Source: Pedobacter sp. (lineage in GTDB: Bacteria; Desulfobacterota; Desulfuromonadia; Desulfuromonadales; Syntrophotaleaceae). Taken from it: a DNA stretch of 64,000 bases. A program made the translations under genes and the position numbers. Shown here one piece after another: positions 28,581 to 38,363 of the stretch; within the stretch, counting starts at the first letter, position 1, and each line of letters begins with the position of its first letter. The stretch lies in the NCBI GenBank assembly GCA_050253415.1, contig JBFWJC010000006.1:1-64000 (forward strand). Direction: 5' to 3'. Below the pieces are notes generated by a model. It was not told the origin of the DNA. It saw only the letters and a list, made by a program, of their open reading frames with translations, and ran no database searches.

Positions 28581-28616
28581 TGAAATACGGCCGTTCTTTT
28601 GAACGGCCGTATTTCA
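28581..28616. terminator. Perfect 16-bp hairpin right after the CoA-disulfide reductase gene
   Basis: TGAAATACGGCCGTTC-TTTT-GAACGGCCGTATTTCA; the U-tract is weak. Confidence 0.65.
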
Positions 28617-28620
28617 GGGG

Positions 28621-30321
28621 TTATTTTTCGCGTCTGTATGGCCAAGCCATTATGCCACCCTCCAGCACTTTGACATTATTCCAGCCGGCAGCTTCTAAAA
28701 CCCTCGCTGCTTCGTATCCACGTAGCGATATTTTACAATAGCAGATAACTTCACGGTTCTTATCGTCAGGAAGATCGCCAAGCCTACCCCTAAGCTCACC
28801 AATGGGAATCAAAGTCTCGCCGATGCCAAGACGCATCTGATCAAATTCAGCAGGTGTTCTAACGTCTAGAATGAATGGTGGGACCTCTTGGTTGAGTTGT
28901 GCTTTCAGTTCTACGGCCGATATGCCAATAAGTCTACCTTTAAGCTTATTTTCCATCAGGTGCGCGGTAGCGATAAAATGGTCTATAGGCAGTGAAAACG
29001 GGGGGGCGTAGGGCAAATCGGCAGTTACCAGGTCAGCGACTGTCAATTTGCCAAGAATCGCCATGGCTGCAGTGGCAATCTGCTTGCTGACATCGCCAGG
29101 TCCGACACACTGAACACCAAGGAGTTTGCCGGTCTGCCCATCCACCACCATCTTGGATACCAGAAGTTTAGCGCCCATGAATTCAGGTTTGTCGAGACTT
29201 GCATTGACTACGGTAACCAGATTCTCATACCCTTCCTGACGAGCGCGAGCTTCGGAAAGCCCCGTAGAGCCAGCGGAAAAGTCGAAAACTTTACAGATAC
29301 CGGTGTGAATGGTACCAGGAAAAGTTACTTGATTGCCAAGTACCGCATTTTCACCAGCTATCCGCCCCTCAAGATTCGCAAGATCTCCGAAGGGAGCGCG
29401 CGTCTTTTTACCGGTAATACGATGTATGAGTTCCACACAATCGCCAACGGCATAGATATCGGGATCGGACGTCTGCATAAACTCGTTGACCGCTACACCA
29501 CCGGTTTCCCCTATTGTCAACCCGGCGTTCTTGGCAAGATCGATATTCGGTGCCACGCCTATGGCCATTACAGCTAACTGGCAGGGCAATTCCGTACCAT
29601 TTTCAAGCCTGATTCCGGTTAATTGTCCGGCCTCCCCGATAAATGAGGCTAGTCTGACATCGGTAATGACATTGGCAGCTTTGCTACGAACGTGATTTTC
29701 CAATATTTTGGCCAGCTCCCAATCGAGAAACATAAGGATCTGGGGTAGCATTTCGATAACCGTGATGTCGATGCCTGACAGTTGCAGCGCTTCACAAGTT
29801 TCTATGCCAATCAGACCGCCACCGATGACCACGGCTTTGGCAATCGTTTTATCATCACGTATTTTACGTAGGAAATCGGCATCTTTCATGGATTGAAGGG
29901 TCGTCACTCCGGCAAGATCAACCCCGGGAATAGCAGGCTTACGAGGCCTGGCGCCTGTGGCGATAATCAATTTATCGTAAGGCAAATCGTCGATCGCACC
30001 TGTTTTCAGATCACGACAACGAACGGTGTGACCTTGACGATCAATAGCAACGACCTCCGTTTCAGTTCGCGCTATTACCCCTTTGGTATGGATGAAAAAA
30101 TTCGGATCACGCACCTCGCCGTAAGGTGTACTCAATAAAGCATTGCGATTGTCGAAAACACCTCCAACAAAGTATGGATACCCGCAGGAGGCCATGGACA
30201 TTTCCGGTGCTTTTTGTATCACCGTAACTTCGGCATCGGGATCAAGACGTTTGGCTCGCGCCGCGGCTTTGGGCCCGGCGGCTGAACCTCCGATGACAAC
30301 AATTTTTGTTTTCTTTTTCAT
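28621..30321 (-). CDS. CoA-disulfide/persulfide reductase-like FAD oxidoreductase with a C-terminal rhodanese domain
   Basis: GGSAAG, SMASCGYPY (redox Cys), GGGLIG, YAVGD, YAPPFS; rhodanese LDVR...YCKISLRG...GGIMAW. Confidence 0.9.
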   Translation of the reverse strand: MKKKTKIVVIGGSAAGPKAAARAKRLDPDAEVTVIQKAPEMSMASCGYPYFVGGVFDNRNALLSTPYGEVRDPNFFIHTKGVIARTETEVVAIDRQGHTVRCRDLKTGAIDDLPYDKLIIATGARPRKPAIPGVDLAGVTTLQSMKDADFLRKIRDDKTIAKAVVIGGGLIGIETCEALQLSGIDITVIEMLPQILMFLDWELAKILENHVRSKAANVITDVRLASFIGEAGQLTGIRLENGTELPCQLAVMAIGVAPNIDLAKNAGLTIGETGGVAVNEFMQTSDPDIYAVGDCVELIHRITGKKTRAPFGDLANLEGRIAGENAVLGNQVTFPGTIHTGICKVFDFSAGSTGLSEARARQEGYENLVTVVNASLDKPEFMGAKLLVSKMVVDGQTGKLLGVQCVGPGDVSKQIATAAMAILGKLTVADLVTADLPYAPPFSLPIDHFIATAHLMENKLKGRLIGISAVELKAQLNQEVPPFILDVRTPAEFDQMRLGIGETLIPIGELRGRLGDLPDDKNREVICYCKISLRGYEAARVLEAAGWNNVKVLEGGIMAWPYRREK

Positions 30322-30505
30322 CTAATTGCCTCCTTACAGATGGATTTGTGTACCATCAAAACTACGGATCAATTTCAAATCCTACACTTTGGAGCACATA
30401 CACATTCAACTATCTACATAGTACGAATATGCGGGCAATCGCAAGATTTTTAATTTGAAAAATGATAATTAGAGGCATATTAAATCTTAAAGAATTGTAT
30501 CTCCA

Positions 30506-32152
30506 TTACACTTTAAGGATCTTAAGTAGATGAGGCAGTAATTGTTTTTTGCGGGACAATACACCTTTAAGTTCATAAAGACCTGCATCAAGCCGCGGAT
30601 AGCCTACCCGGGCCAGCAATTCAGAATTCCCTGCCAACAGTAACAGGCTGGTTGCCCTTACGATATCTGTAACTAACAGCCCACCAAGGTCAAGCGCCCT
30701 ATTTTGGCAAAGTTGCTCAAGGCACGAAGCAATAGCGCCCCGTTTATCCTGAAACTCGTCGAAATTAACGACTTCCACCTGACCGACACCAAAACGCTTG
30801 CCTTCTTGGGTGTATTCTTTAAAGTCTGCGAGGATCAATTCTTCCATGGTCCCGTAGGCCGCAAGTGCGCTGCCTGCTGCGAACATCCGTTCCCCAAATT
30901 CCTGCGCATCGATATTAGCCAGACCAGCCAGCCAATCACAAAGTTCCCGATCTGTATCGGTGGCGGTCGGCGACTTGAGCAATACCGTATCGGAAAGCAA
31001 TCCGGCCAACAACAAACCTGCAGTCTTGGAATCGGGCTTAATACCCGCAGCTCTATAAAGCCCGGCGACTACCGAACAAGTACTACCCAAGGGCTGATTC
31101 ACAAATCGAATGGGTGCGTCCGTGTGCATATTGCCAAGACGATGATGATCGATAATTTCCAGGATTTCCACACGGTCGGCTCCTGGAACCGCCTGACTTA
31201 GTTCATTATGATCGACAAGTACCAGTTTTATGGGTAACGGCTCCAGCAAGGTACTTTTAGTGGCAACCGCTGCAACCTGCGCTGAGCCATTCAGAACCAA
31301 AACCCCCGGATGAGCAGAATCCATGAACCGATAGCGCAGCGCTTCAAGAGATTCGTCCATCCCTGCTGTTGCAAATTCAGTGGTCATAAGACATTCCACA
31401 GGAGTGGAAAGACGAGTCAATGACGCAGTGGTCGCCGTATCATAAGACGTTGCAAGGACAGTCACGCCGTGAGCTCGGGCCGATGCAAGCACCTCTGGGC
31501 TAACAGTCTGACCGCCTGTTACTACAAGCAATCGCACACCGAGCATGGCTGCGTGGTGTTGAATATCCTCGCGGTCTCCGGTAATCACCAGGAGCCGAGC
31601 AGGATCTAGGCCCTGCATGCGTTGACAAAAGCTTTCATATGCCATGGCGCCAACGTAGAGATCGAGTTCCTCCACTTCCTGGGCAGGTCCTTCATTGAGC
31701 ACCTCCGCTTCTAAACAACGCGCCAATGTCAAAAAGGAAGTCTGGATCCGCCGGATACGACCTTCCTGGCCGGCCACTAAAAACCTTTCCGCTACCTGAC
31801 GTAAAAAAAGCAGCCCTAACGCCTGACCACTCTTATCGATGACCGGCAACATACCAATATTGTGACGATGCAGCAGATCAAGCGCCCAGGCCAGAGGGGC
31901 TCCAGCGTGGATGGTGATGGCTGGTTGTTTTACAACGTCCCGGACCCTTGGAACCACATCGGATAAAAGCCTGGGAGGTTCCACGCCGAGGGACTCGAGA
32001 ACAAACTCGGTCTGCCGGTTAAGGTAGCCAGCCCGCGCAGGTATGGCGTTTTGCATACCTTGCATATTCCGCAGCTGCGCATAAGCCAGGGCACTACATA
32101 CAGAATCGGTATCAGGGTTGCGATGCCCTACCACATAGATTTTTTGTTGCAT
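30506..32152 (-). CDS. ppaC: Mn-dependent inorganic pyrophosphatase with a CBS/DRTGG insert
   Basis: GHRNPDTDS, CBS domains, TGDRED...VTGG (DRTGG), LVDHNE, IDHH, SDT, SRKKQ. Confidence 0.93.
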   Translation of the reverse strand: MQQKIYVVGHRNPDTDSVCSALAYAQLRNMQGMQNAIPARAGYLNRQTEFVLESLGVEPPRLLSDVVPRVRDVVKQPAITIHAGAPLAWALDLLHRHNIGMLPVIDKSGQALGLLFLRQVAERFLVAGQEGRIRRIQTSFLTLARCLEAEVLNEGPAQEVEELDLYVGAMAYESFCQRMQGLDPARLLVITGDREDIQHHAAMLGVRLLVVTGGQTVSPEVLASARAHGVTVLATSYDTATTASLTRLSTPVECLMTTEFATAGMDESLEALRYRFMDSAHPGVLVLNGSAQVAAVATKSTLLEPLPIKLVLVDHNELSQAVPGADRVEILEIIDHHRLGNMHTDAPIRFVNQPLGSTCSVVAGLYRAAGIKPDSKTAGLLLAGLLSDTVLLKSPTATDTDRELCDWLAGLANIDAQEFGERMFAAGSALAAYGTMEELILADFKEYTQEGKRFGVGQVEVVNFDEFQDKRGAIASCLEQLCQNRALDLGGLLVTDIVRATSLLLLAGNSELLARVGYPRLDAGLYELKGVLSRKKQLLPHLLKILKV

Positions 32153-32985
32153 CAATCAGCCTCTTTCTGGGTACGCAGCGTTGCTCGAACATCGCCGAGA
32201 CCGACCACATCCTTAACAATAACTTTCGCGGGTTGCAGGTCCTTATCGAACCAGATATAAAGAGTTCCGTCTCCGGTATCAAAAACCTCGGGATCCAGGA
32301 CCACCTTGACAACAAGACCTCCATCAGGCAGCGCTGTATTCTTTGGACGTTTTTTTTCAGGTAACACCGAAATACCTATATCGGTCGATCTACCTCTGGC
32401 AAAAGTAGGAATCTTATAGGAAGCGCCATCGCGCAGCGGACCAAACAGTCCGGCCCTGAAATTGTAAAAGGCTCCAAGGATATCGTAAGGGGCTGGCCCC
32501 TCCCCCATTGCGTAATTCTTAACAGGGCGGTCTCGACCATTGCGTGTCACTTTTTCGATAATTATGCGCCGTGAATAATCGTAGCTCCAATTTTTGAGAC
32601 GGGACGTAACGGTTTTCCCCTTGGTTTTATACATATCGGCATCGTGACTTTCGGGACGTAGACTCCCATCGTTGTCTAATCGCAGATAAGACACATAGCG
32701 CTGCAACCGATTGCTGGTCAACCAGGCCGCGACCCCAAGAGTTTTCGCCTCTAAAACGGCACGATAACGATCCGGCTCGTCCGTCTTCACGAGGGCAAAC
32801 TCCCCTACCGCCAACTGATCGAACCATAAGAAGGCGATATCATACAACAAGGTCTCCCCACATAGGGCATCCAGGGCTTCTCGGGCATTGGCCACGCCGG
32901 AAGGGACCTTTTGGGGTTCAGCCTGCACCGGACAGATAGAGAAAAACAAAAAGCCGAGCACAAGCACTAATATTCCCGTTTTCAA
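32152..32985 (-). CDS. DUF3108-like exported protein
   Basis: Signal peptide, GETLLYDIAFLWF, DILGAFY, IWF...PAK, GDVRATL; TGATG overlap with ppaC. Confidence 0.65.
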   Translation of the reverse strand: MKTGILVLVLGFLFFSICPVQAEPQKVPSGVANAREALDALCGETLLYDIAFLWFDQLAVGEFALVKTDEPDRYRAVLEAKTLGVAAWLTSNRLQRYVSYLRLDNDGSLRPESHDADMYKTKGKTVTSRLKNWSYDYSRRIIIEKVTRNGRDRPVKNYAMGEGPAPYDILGAFYNFRAGLFGPLRDGASYKIPTFARGRSTDIGISVLPEKKRPKNTALPDGGLVVKVVLDPEVFDTGDGTLYIWFDKDLQPAKVIVKDVVGLGDVRATLRTQKEAD

Positions 32986-33165
32986 AGATATGCTCCCGTT
33001 TCAGAGTTGAATAAAGCACAATTATGAAAAAAACCCTGTCTATTCATGCAGGAATGAATGTCGCTGCAGACCTTAATCCTTGACATGGAATCGTTGCCCC
33101 ACTACCATGCGCACTATAAAACAGATTTAGACAAAAATCCCTCAAACAATGTGATTACCCGAACT

Positions 33166-33459
33166 ATGGCCTTTGATAAAAACAAGACATATGAACGCGA
33201 AGCGGATATCCTCAAAGCTCTAGGGCATCCGATTCGCCTTAAAATTATAGCTGGCCTGCTGGCGGAAGCCTGCAATGTCAAAAAAATATGGGAATGCCTC
33301 GGCTTACCTCAGGCAACGGTATCCCAACATCTGGCCCTCCTTAAAAATAAAGGCATCATTGAAGGGCGTCGCACTGGCGTCGAAGTCTTTTATACAGTTA
33401 TTTCAGAAGATGCACGCCGCATCGTTGAAGCTGTTTTTCAACAGAGTACTCCTTTATGA
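33166..33459 (+). CDS. ArsR/SmtB family transcriptional regulator
   Basis: LKALGHPIRLKI, CNV, PQATVSQHLALLK, RRTG..VFY. Confidence 0.9.
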   Translation: MAFDKNKTYEREADILKALGHPIRLKIIAGLLAEACNVKKIWECLGLPQATVSQHLALLKNKGIIEGRRTGVEVFYTVISEDARRIVEAVFQQSTPL

Positions 33460-34634
33460 TTCAACTGCACCTGCGGCCCGGTCACGACCGTCGCATTCGT
33501 CGTGGTCACCCCTGGGTTTTCAGCAACGAAATCCAGTCCCCCGACAAGGACATAAAACCCGGTGAGACGATTGAGATATTAAGCGCAGCTGGAGAATATC
33601 TCGGCACCGGTTATTACAATCCCCACTCCCTGATCGCAGGACGCATCCTATCCAGACAGCGTGAATGCATCGATTGTGTAGATTTTTATCGCGACCGCCT
33701 GCTTAAAGCCATGCTCATGCGCAAGGCAATTTATGGCGAAGCAAACGCTGTGCGTCTGGTCCACGGCGAGGGGGATCACCTTCCGGGCCTTGTGGTTGAC
33801 CGATACGACAACGTGCTTTCAGTGCAGTTTCTTACACTGGGCATGGACTGCCGTAGCAGCTTGATCCTGCAGGCGCTGACCGAACTCTTTAATCCGGGGG
33901 CGATCGTCGGACGTAATAACGTCGCAGTGCGCGACCTGGAAAACTTACCACGCAAAGTTGAAATTTTACAGGGAGACCTTCCGGACCGCCTTGAAATAAC
34001 CGAAAATGGTCTGCGTTTCAAGGTCGACGTTATCCATGGTCAGAAAACAGGACATTTTCTCGACCAAAAAGAGAACCATCTTGCGCTGCGCGAACGTGTA
34101 ACCGGCAAACGGGTCCTCGATCTGTTTTGCTATTCGGGTAGTTGGGCGATCCATGCCGCACGCTACGGAGCAAAAGAAGTCGTTGGCATCGATATTTCTC
34201 CCGGAGCCATAACGCTTGCCCAAGAGAACGCCCGCCTCAACTTCCAGGAGGACACCTGCAACTTTGTGCAGTCCGACGTCTTTGAAAGTCTGCGGCAGTT
34301 CCATGCGAATAACGAACGATTCGGCGGCATCATCCTCGATCCGCCAGCCTTCATAAAAAACCGCAAGCGCATTCGCGAAGGTGTCAAGGGTTACCTGACT
34401 ATTAACCGCCGTGCCATGGAACTTCTGGAACCGGACGGCATTTTATTCACCTGCACCTGCTCCCACCACATGGATCGTGAAACATTCCTCGACACGCTAC
34501 GCCAGGCCTCGTTCCAGGCCGGACGCGAAATGCGGTTGCTCGAAATTCGCGGTCAATCCTACGATCATCCGGTTTTATGTTCATGCCCCGAAACCGAATA
34601 CCTGAAATGCGCTGTATTGCAAGCCTGTGGGTGA
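33456..34634 (+). CDS. rlmI: RlmI-type (23S rRNA m5C1962) SAM methyltransferase
   Basis: GHPWVFSNE (PUA), EGD.LPGLVVDRY, GQKTG.FLDQ, LDLFCYSG, LDPPAF, DHP, ETEYLK. Confidence 0.88.
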   Translation: MIQLHLRPGHDRRIRRGHPWVFSNEIQSPDKDIKPGETIEILSAAGEYLGTGYYNPHSLIAGRILSRQRECIDCVDFYRDRLLKAMLMRKAIYGEANAVRLVHGEGDHLPGLVVDRYDNVLSVQFLTLGMDCRSSLILQALTELFNPGAIVGRNNVAVRDLENLPRKVEILQGDLPDRLEITENGLRFKVDVIHGQKTGHFLDQKENHLALRERVTGKRVLDLFCYSGSWAIHAARYGAKEVVGIDISPGAITLAQENARLNFQEDTCNFVQSDVFESLRQFHANNERFGGIILDPPAFIKNRKRIREGVKGYLTINRRAMELLEPDGILFTCTCSHHMDRETFLDTLRQASFQAGREMRLLEIRGQSYDHPVLCSCPETEYLKCAVLQACG

Positions 34635-34647
34635 ATCAAAAATTCCG

Positions 34648-35451
34648 TCAGGATTTACGCGCCATAGCATAAATTACATGATAGGTTGCCGGCAGAAAGC
34701 CACCGGCTGAAAACCGCTGTCCATAAATTTCGGCCAATCGATGCATGACCCGTCGAGAAGACAGACCGCGTGGTCGGCGCCGCGACGCATTATGCGCACC
34801 GACGCCTTTGAGCGAACGCAATAAGGCCGGCACGGAAACGTGCTGTTCCTCTTCTTCCTCTTCCCACACCCGGAAGTTTTCAAACCCGCCTTCCTTTAAA
34901 GACTTTTCTACCAATGTTTTACACGGCAACGTTAGCAGGTAGTCCGGTTCATCGTAGCCTTCGAGGATCAGCGCCTCACGATAACAGTCTTTAAGTTGCC
35001 ATAATGTCCGGTTACCGAACAAGGCGAACAGGAATACACCTCCCGGCTGCAGAACCCGCAAGCATTCACCAAACGCTGTAGCGAGATTTTCCACCCATTG
35101 GTAAACCGAGGCGCTGCATATCAGTGGCAGAGTCTCAGAGGCGATCGGCAGGGCTGCGGCGTCAAGATCAACGGCCCAGGACCGGGGCAGGCGTTGTTTG
35201 GCAATCCGTGTCATGCCATGAGCCAAATCAGATATCAGCGGGTGCAATCGCGGATTGGATTGTGTCAGTAACTCCGCAAAATACCCGGTACCTGTACCGA
35301 CCTCAAGAAACCTGCCATGACTGGGTCCATCAGATTGGACCAGAGTCGCCAGTCTTTGCGCAACCCGCTTCTGAACATCGGCGAAGCCATCGTAATTTTC
35401 GCAGCTGGCTGAAAAATGGCGCTGCACCTGGCGACGATCTATGCCACTCAT
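34648..35451 (-). CDS. bioC: Malonyl-ACP O-methyltransferase
   Basis: F...YD..A.VQ, LEVGTGTG, QW, LRSLKGVGA, ATYHVIY; ATGA-coupled to bioH. Confidence 0.88.
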   Translation of the reverse strand: MSGIDRRQVQRHFSASCENYDGFADVQKRVAQRLATLVQSDGPSHGRFLEVGTGTGYFAELLTQSNPRLHPLISDLAHGMTRIAKQRLPRSWAVDLDAAALPIASETLPLICSASVYQWVENLATAFGECLRVLQPGGVFLFALFGNRTLWQLKDCYREALILEGYDEPDYLLTLPCKTLVEKSLKEGGFENFRVWEEEEEEQHVSVPALLRSLKGVGAHNASRRRPRGLSSRRVMHRLAEIYGQRFSAGGFLPATYHVIYAMARKS

Positions 35452-36257
35452 GTAAGAAAATCCTCTATCACCCTGGCGCAATAATCCGGTTGACTGATCA
35501 AGGGTGCATGCCCGACCTGATCCAGTTGAACGTATTGTGCATCCGGCAAGTGCTGGGCCAAATAACTCCCGGCAGACGGTGGGATAACAGTGTCACATTC
35601 CCCATGGAGCACTAAGGAAGGCACACTTCGCCACGTGCAACCAAGTAAATCGGCGTTGAGCAAAGTATCCAGCCCCCCCAATGCGGCATCTTTACCCGGA
35701 GGAGGACATGCATCCAGAATCTCACGTTTATGCCCCAGGAGTGTCTCATCATCAAGATGTTCACCATCAAATTGTTGCATGAAAAAGGTTTGCAGGGTTT
35801 TATCAGGATCACGTCTGAACTGCCGTGCCAGAATTTTAACCTGTGCCGCAGGTTGGCCCGCCAACCAGGAATCATGCTGGACAAAACAAGGGGTTGTCGA
35901 CATCAGTACCAGTTTTTTAACCCTTGCACCCAAACGTTCAACCAGTTCAAGGGCCACCAGTCCACCAAGAGACCATCCTAGCAGGCAGATTTCCCCAGCA
36001 CCGACAGTACCGAGCCACTCCTCCACATCGGATGCCAAATGATTCAATTGGTACCCGGGGCCGGGATCCGAACGGCCATGCCCGCGCAAATCCGGTGCCA
36101 GAATTCTGAATGAAGCGGCCAGCGGTTGCATGAGCGATTGAAATACCGCAGAGGACATTCCCCAACCGTGTAACATCACAACGATGGGACCTTTCCCCTG
36201 CTCGCGGTAGCTGACTGTACGACCGTCACCAAGACGGCAAAATCTCATAATTGTCAT
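35448..36257 (-). CDS. bioH: Pimeloyl-ACP methyl ester esterase (alpha/beta hydrolase)
   Basis: LHGWGM, DLRGHG, GWSLGG, HG..D, GHAP; located in the bio operon. Confidence 0.88.
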   Translation of the reverse strand: MTIMRFCRLGDGRTVSYREQGKGPIVVMLHGWGMSSAVFQSLMQPLAASFRILAPDLRGHGRSDPGPGYQLNHLASDVEEWLGTVGAGEICLLGWSLGGLVALELVERLGARVKKLVLMSTTPCFVQHDSWLAGQPAAQVKILARQFRRDPDKTLQTFFMQQFDGEHLDDETLLGHKREILDACPPPGKDAALGGLDTLLNADLLGCTWRSVPSLVLHGECDTVIPPSAGSYLAQHLPDAQYVQLDQVGHAPLISQPDYCARVIEDFLT

Positions 36258-37426
36258 GCGGCAAGAACTCTTCGGATAAGGTCGGCGGCGCGCAGCAGAT
36301 CATCGGGCTGATGGGTGGCCATAAGCGTTACTCTCAGTCGACAGCTTCCTTCGGGGACTGTCGGTGGTCGAATCCCCTGAACAAACACGCCTTGATCCTG
36401 CAACCAGCCACTGGCGCGCATGGTCGGCTCGGGATCGCCAGTGATGATCGGCAAAATCGGCGAAACGCCATCGCTATCAACTGATAAGGATTCTGAGAGA
36501 CGGTTCGTCATAAGCTTGCGGAGTTGTTGCAACTGTAATCGTCGTCGCCGCCCATCTTCACCATCAACGATATCGAGTGCGGCAATGCCTGCAGCAGCCA
36601 CGCCCGGTGGCAGACTGGTCGAAAAGATAAAGGAACGAGCTCGGTTAATCAAAGTTTGGATCAATACTTCAGGACCGGCTACGAAGGCGCCAAATCCGCC
36701 TAAAGCTTTACCAAGAGTCCCCATATGCAGATCGATGTCTGCCATGCACCCCAGATATTCTGCACTGCCTTTTCCACCATCACCGAGCACACCGGTACCA
36801 TGAGCATCATCGACCATCAACAAGCAGTCGTAGCGATTTTTTAAAGCCACCAATTCGGACAATGGCGCGAGGTCGCCGTCCATACTGAAGACGCCATCGG
36901 TGACTATCATCCACTGACCTTTTCTCAGGGGCGCTTCTTTTGCCATCAGCTGTTCCAAGGTGCTGGTATCCTTATGCGGATAGACAACCACCCTGGCTTG
37001 GCTGAGTCGACATCCGTCAATAATCGACGCATGATTTAGACTGTCTGAAAAAATGATATCATCAGGCCCCAGCAATCCTTGCAGGATACCGATGTTGGCG
37101 GCATATCCAGCATTGAAAACCAGGGCTCTATCGGTACCTTTGAACTGCCGCAACCGATCCTCAAGGTCCCGGTGAACCATCATGCTACCGGAAACCAGAC
37201 GACTGGCCCCCGTTCCTGTGCCATATTCCATGGTAGCCCGGCAATGCGCTTCAATGAGGGCCGGATGATCCGCCAGACCAAGGTAGTTATTGGAACACAG
37301 CAGCAAAACCTCACGGCCTTCCAAACAGATATGATCGCGCTGAGCACCGAAAACTGTCTTCAGATTGCGCAGCATTCCTTCGCTACGCAACCGGTCAAGG
37401 GCATTTTCCCAACTTTCAAGCTTCAT
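36254..37426 (-). CDS. bioF: 8-amino-7-oxononanoate synthase
   Basis: SNNYLGL, GASRLVSG, NHASIIDG, DGVFSMDGD, DDAHG, TLGKA, IRPPTVP. Confidence 0.95.
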   Translation of the reverse strand: MKLESWENALDRLRSEGMLRNLKTVFGAQRDHICLEGREVLLLCSNNYLGLADHPALIEAHCRATMEYGTGTGASRLVSGSMMVHRDLEDRLRQFKGTDRALVFNAGYAANIGILQGLLGPDDIIFSDSLNHASIIDGCRLSQARVVVYPHKDTSTLEQLMAKEAPLRKGQWMIVTDGVFSMDGDLAPLSELVALKNRYDCLLMVDDAHGTGVLGDGGKGSAEYLGCMADIDLHMGTLGKALGGFGAFVAGPEVLIQTLINRARSFIFSTSLPPGVAAAGIAALDIVDGEDGRRRRLQLQQLRKLMTNRLSESLSVDSDGVSPILPIITGDPEPTMRASGWLQDQGVFVQGIRPPTVPEGSCRLRVTLMATHQPDDLLRAADLIRRVLAA

Positions 37427-38220
37427 GCGGACCACCTTTCATCGGGAAGCATCCGTCCGACGCGATCAATAATCACAACTTGCTGTTCCAGATATCGATA
37501 AAGACGGTCCAAATCAACCTCGGCGTTTACAAAAAAGGCCCTCCCCCCCCTGTATTCGCCAAGGGGTTTGAGCAGGGGAAATCGCACATAGCCGAAACAG
37601 GGAGATGCAATGTAACCCGCTGTGTAGCCCGGGTCGTCGGACCAGCACAATTCAGCTACAATGCCAGGGGCATGCTGAACTTTGGCAGCAAGCACCAAAG
37701 CTTCTCTTACATGCGGATTATCCAGGCCGACCGGTTGCAGCAACCGATCCAGATAGTTGGCCGCGGCATCATCAAGATCCATGCGCGAGACCCTGACGCC
37801 ACGCTGGAAATCGTGTTCAAGGCGTCTTCCGGTTACAGCATCAATCAGCATGGCACCCCGCATACTTTCACCATCTGGAGCGGCGCCTCCAGCCATGGTA
37901 TCCATAGCGCAACGCGCTGCGTGGAGAGTCACTCCCGCCTTGACAAGCATGGACAAAGCTGCGGCCCTGCCCTCATCGACAGATTCGACGCATATTGTCC
38001 GAATGTCCGGCAATTCAAGACGCATAATGTGCGCCGGATCAACTTTTTCCAGGGTCAGAAAAATCTGGTCGGCCTGCCCCTTATCGTGCTGAAGCGCCCT
38101 GCGAACCATAGCCGCAGCCAATTCATCAAGTCTAGGCGCCATTGCCAGCTTTTCGGCGCCGGAGATGTGGCGCTCATCACGTGAAGAACGCATGCGTATG
38201 CTATATAGTGTGTTATCCAT
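37423..38220 (-). CDS. bioW: 6-carboxyhexanoate--CoA ligase
   Basis: YSIRMR, HISGAE, MRGAML, RGVRVS, EAL.LA.KV, ELCWSDDPGYTAGY. Confidence 0.9.
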   Translation of the reverse strand: MDNTLYSIRMRSSRDERHISGAEKLAMAPRLDELAAAMVRRALQHDKGQADQIFLTLEKVDPAHIMRLELPDIRTICVESVDEGRAAALSMLVKAGVTLHAARCAMDTMAGGAAPDGESMRGAMLIDAVTGRRLEHDFQRGVRVSRMDLDDAAANYLDRLLQPVGLDNPHVREALVLAAKVQHAPGIVAELCWSDDPGYTAGYIASPCFGYVRFPLLKPLGEYRGGRAFFVNAEVDLDRLYRYLEQQVVIIDRVGRMLPDERWSA

Positions 38221-38249
38221 GGAAATGAAAATTATCAGTGCGCGACCGG

Positions 38250-38283
38250 ATTGTCAACAACAAGAGGAAGGATGGTTAACATT
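38250..38283. promoter_or_regulatory. BirA operator overlapping the bioW promoter
   Basis: ATTGTCAAC-N16-GTTAACATT matches the wwTGTtAAC-N14-16-GTTaACAww BirA pattern and contains the TTGACA -35 box on the minus strand. Confidence 0.8.
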
Positions 38284-38309
38284 CGATTTTTTCCAGGTCA
38301 AACATTACC

Positions 38310-38340
38310 AAAAAGCCGCCGGTCACAAACCCGGCGGCTT
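38310..38340 (-). terminator. Intrinsic terminator after dxs
   Basis: AAGCCGCCGG-N8-CCGGCGGCTT; U-tract on the minus strand. Confidence 0.75.
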
Positions 38341-38363
38341 AAGAGATCAATGTCATGCGACCA

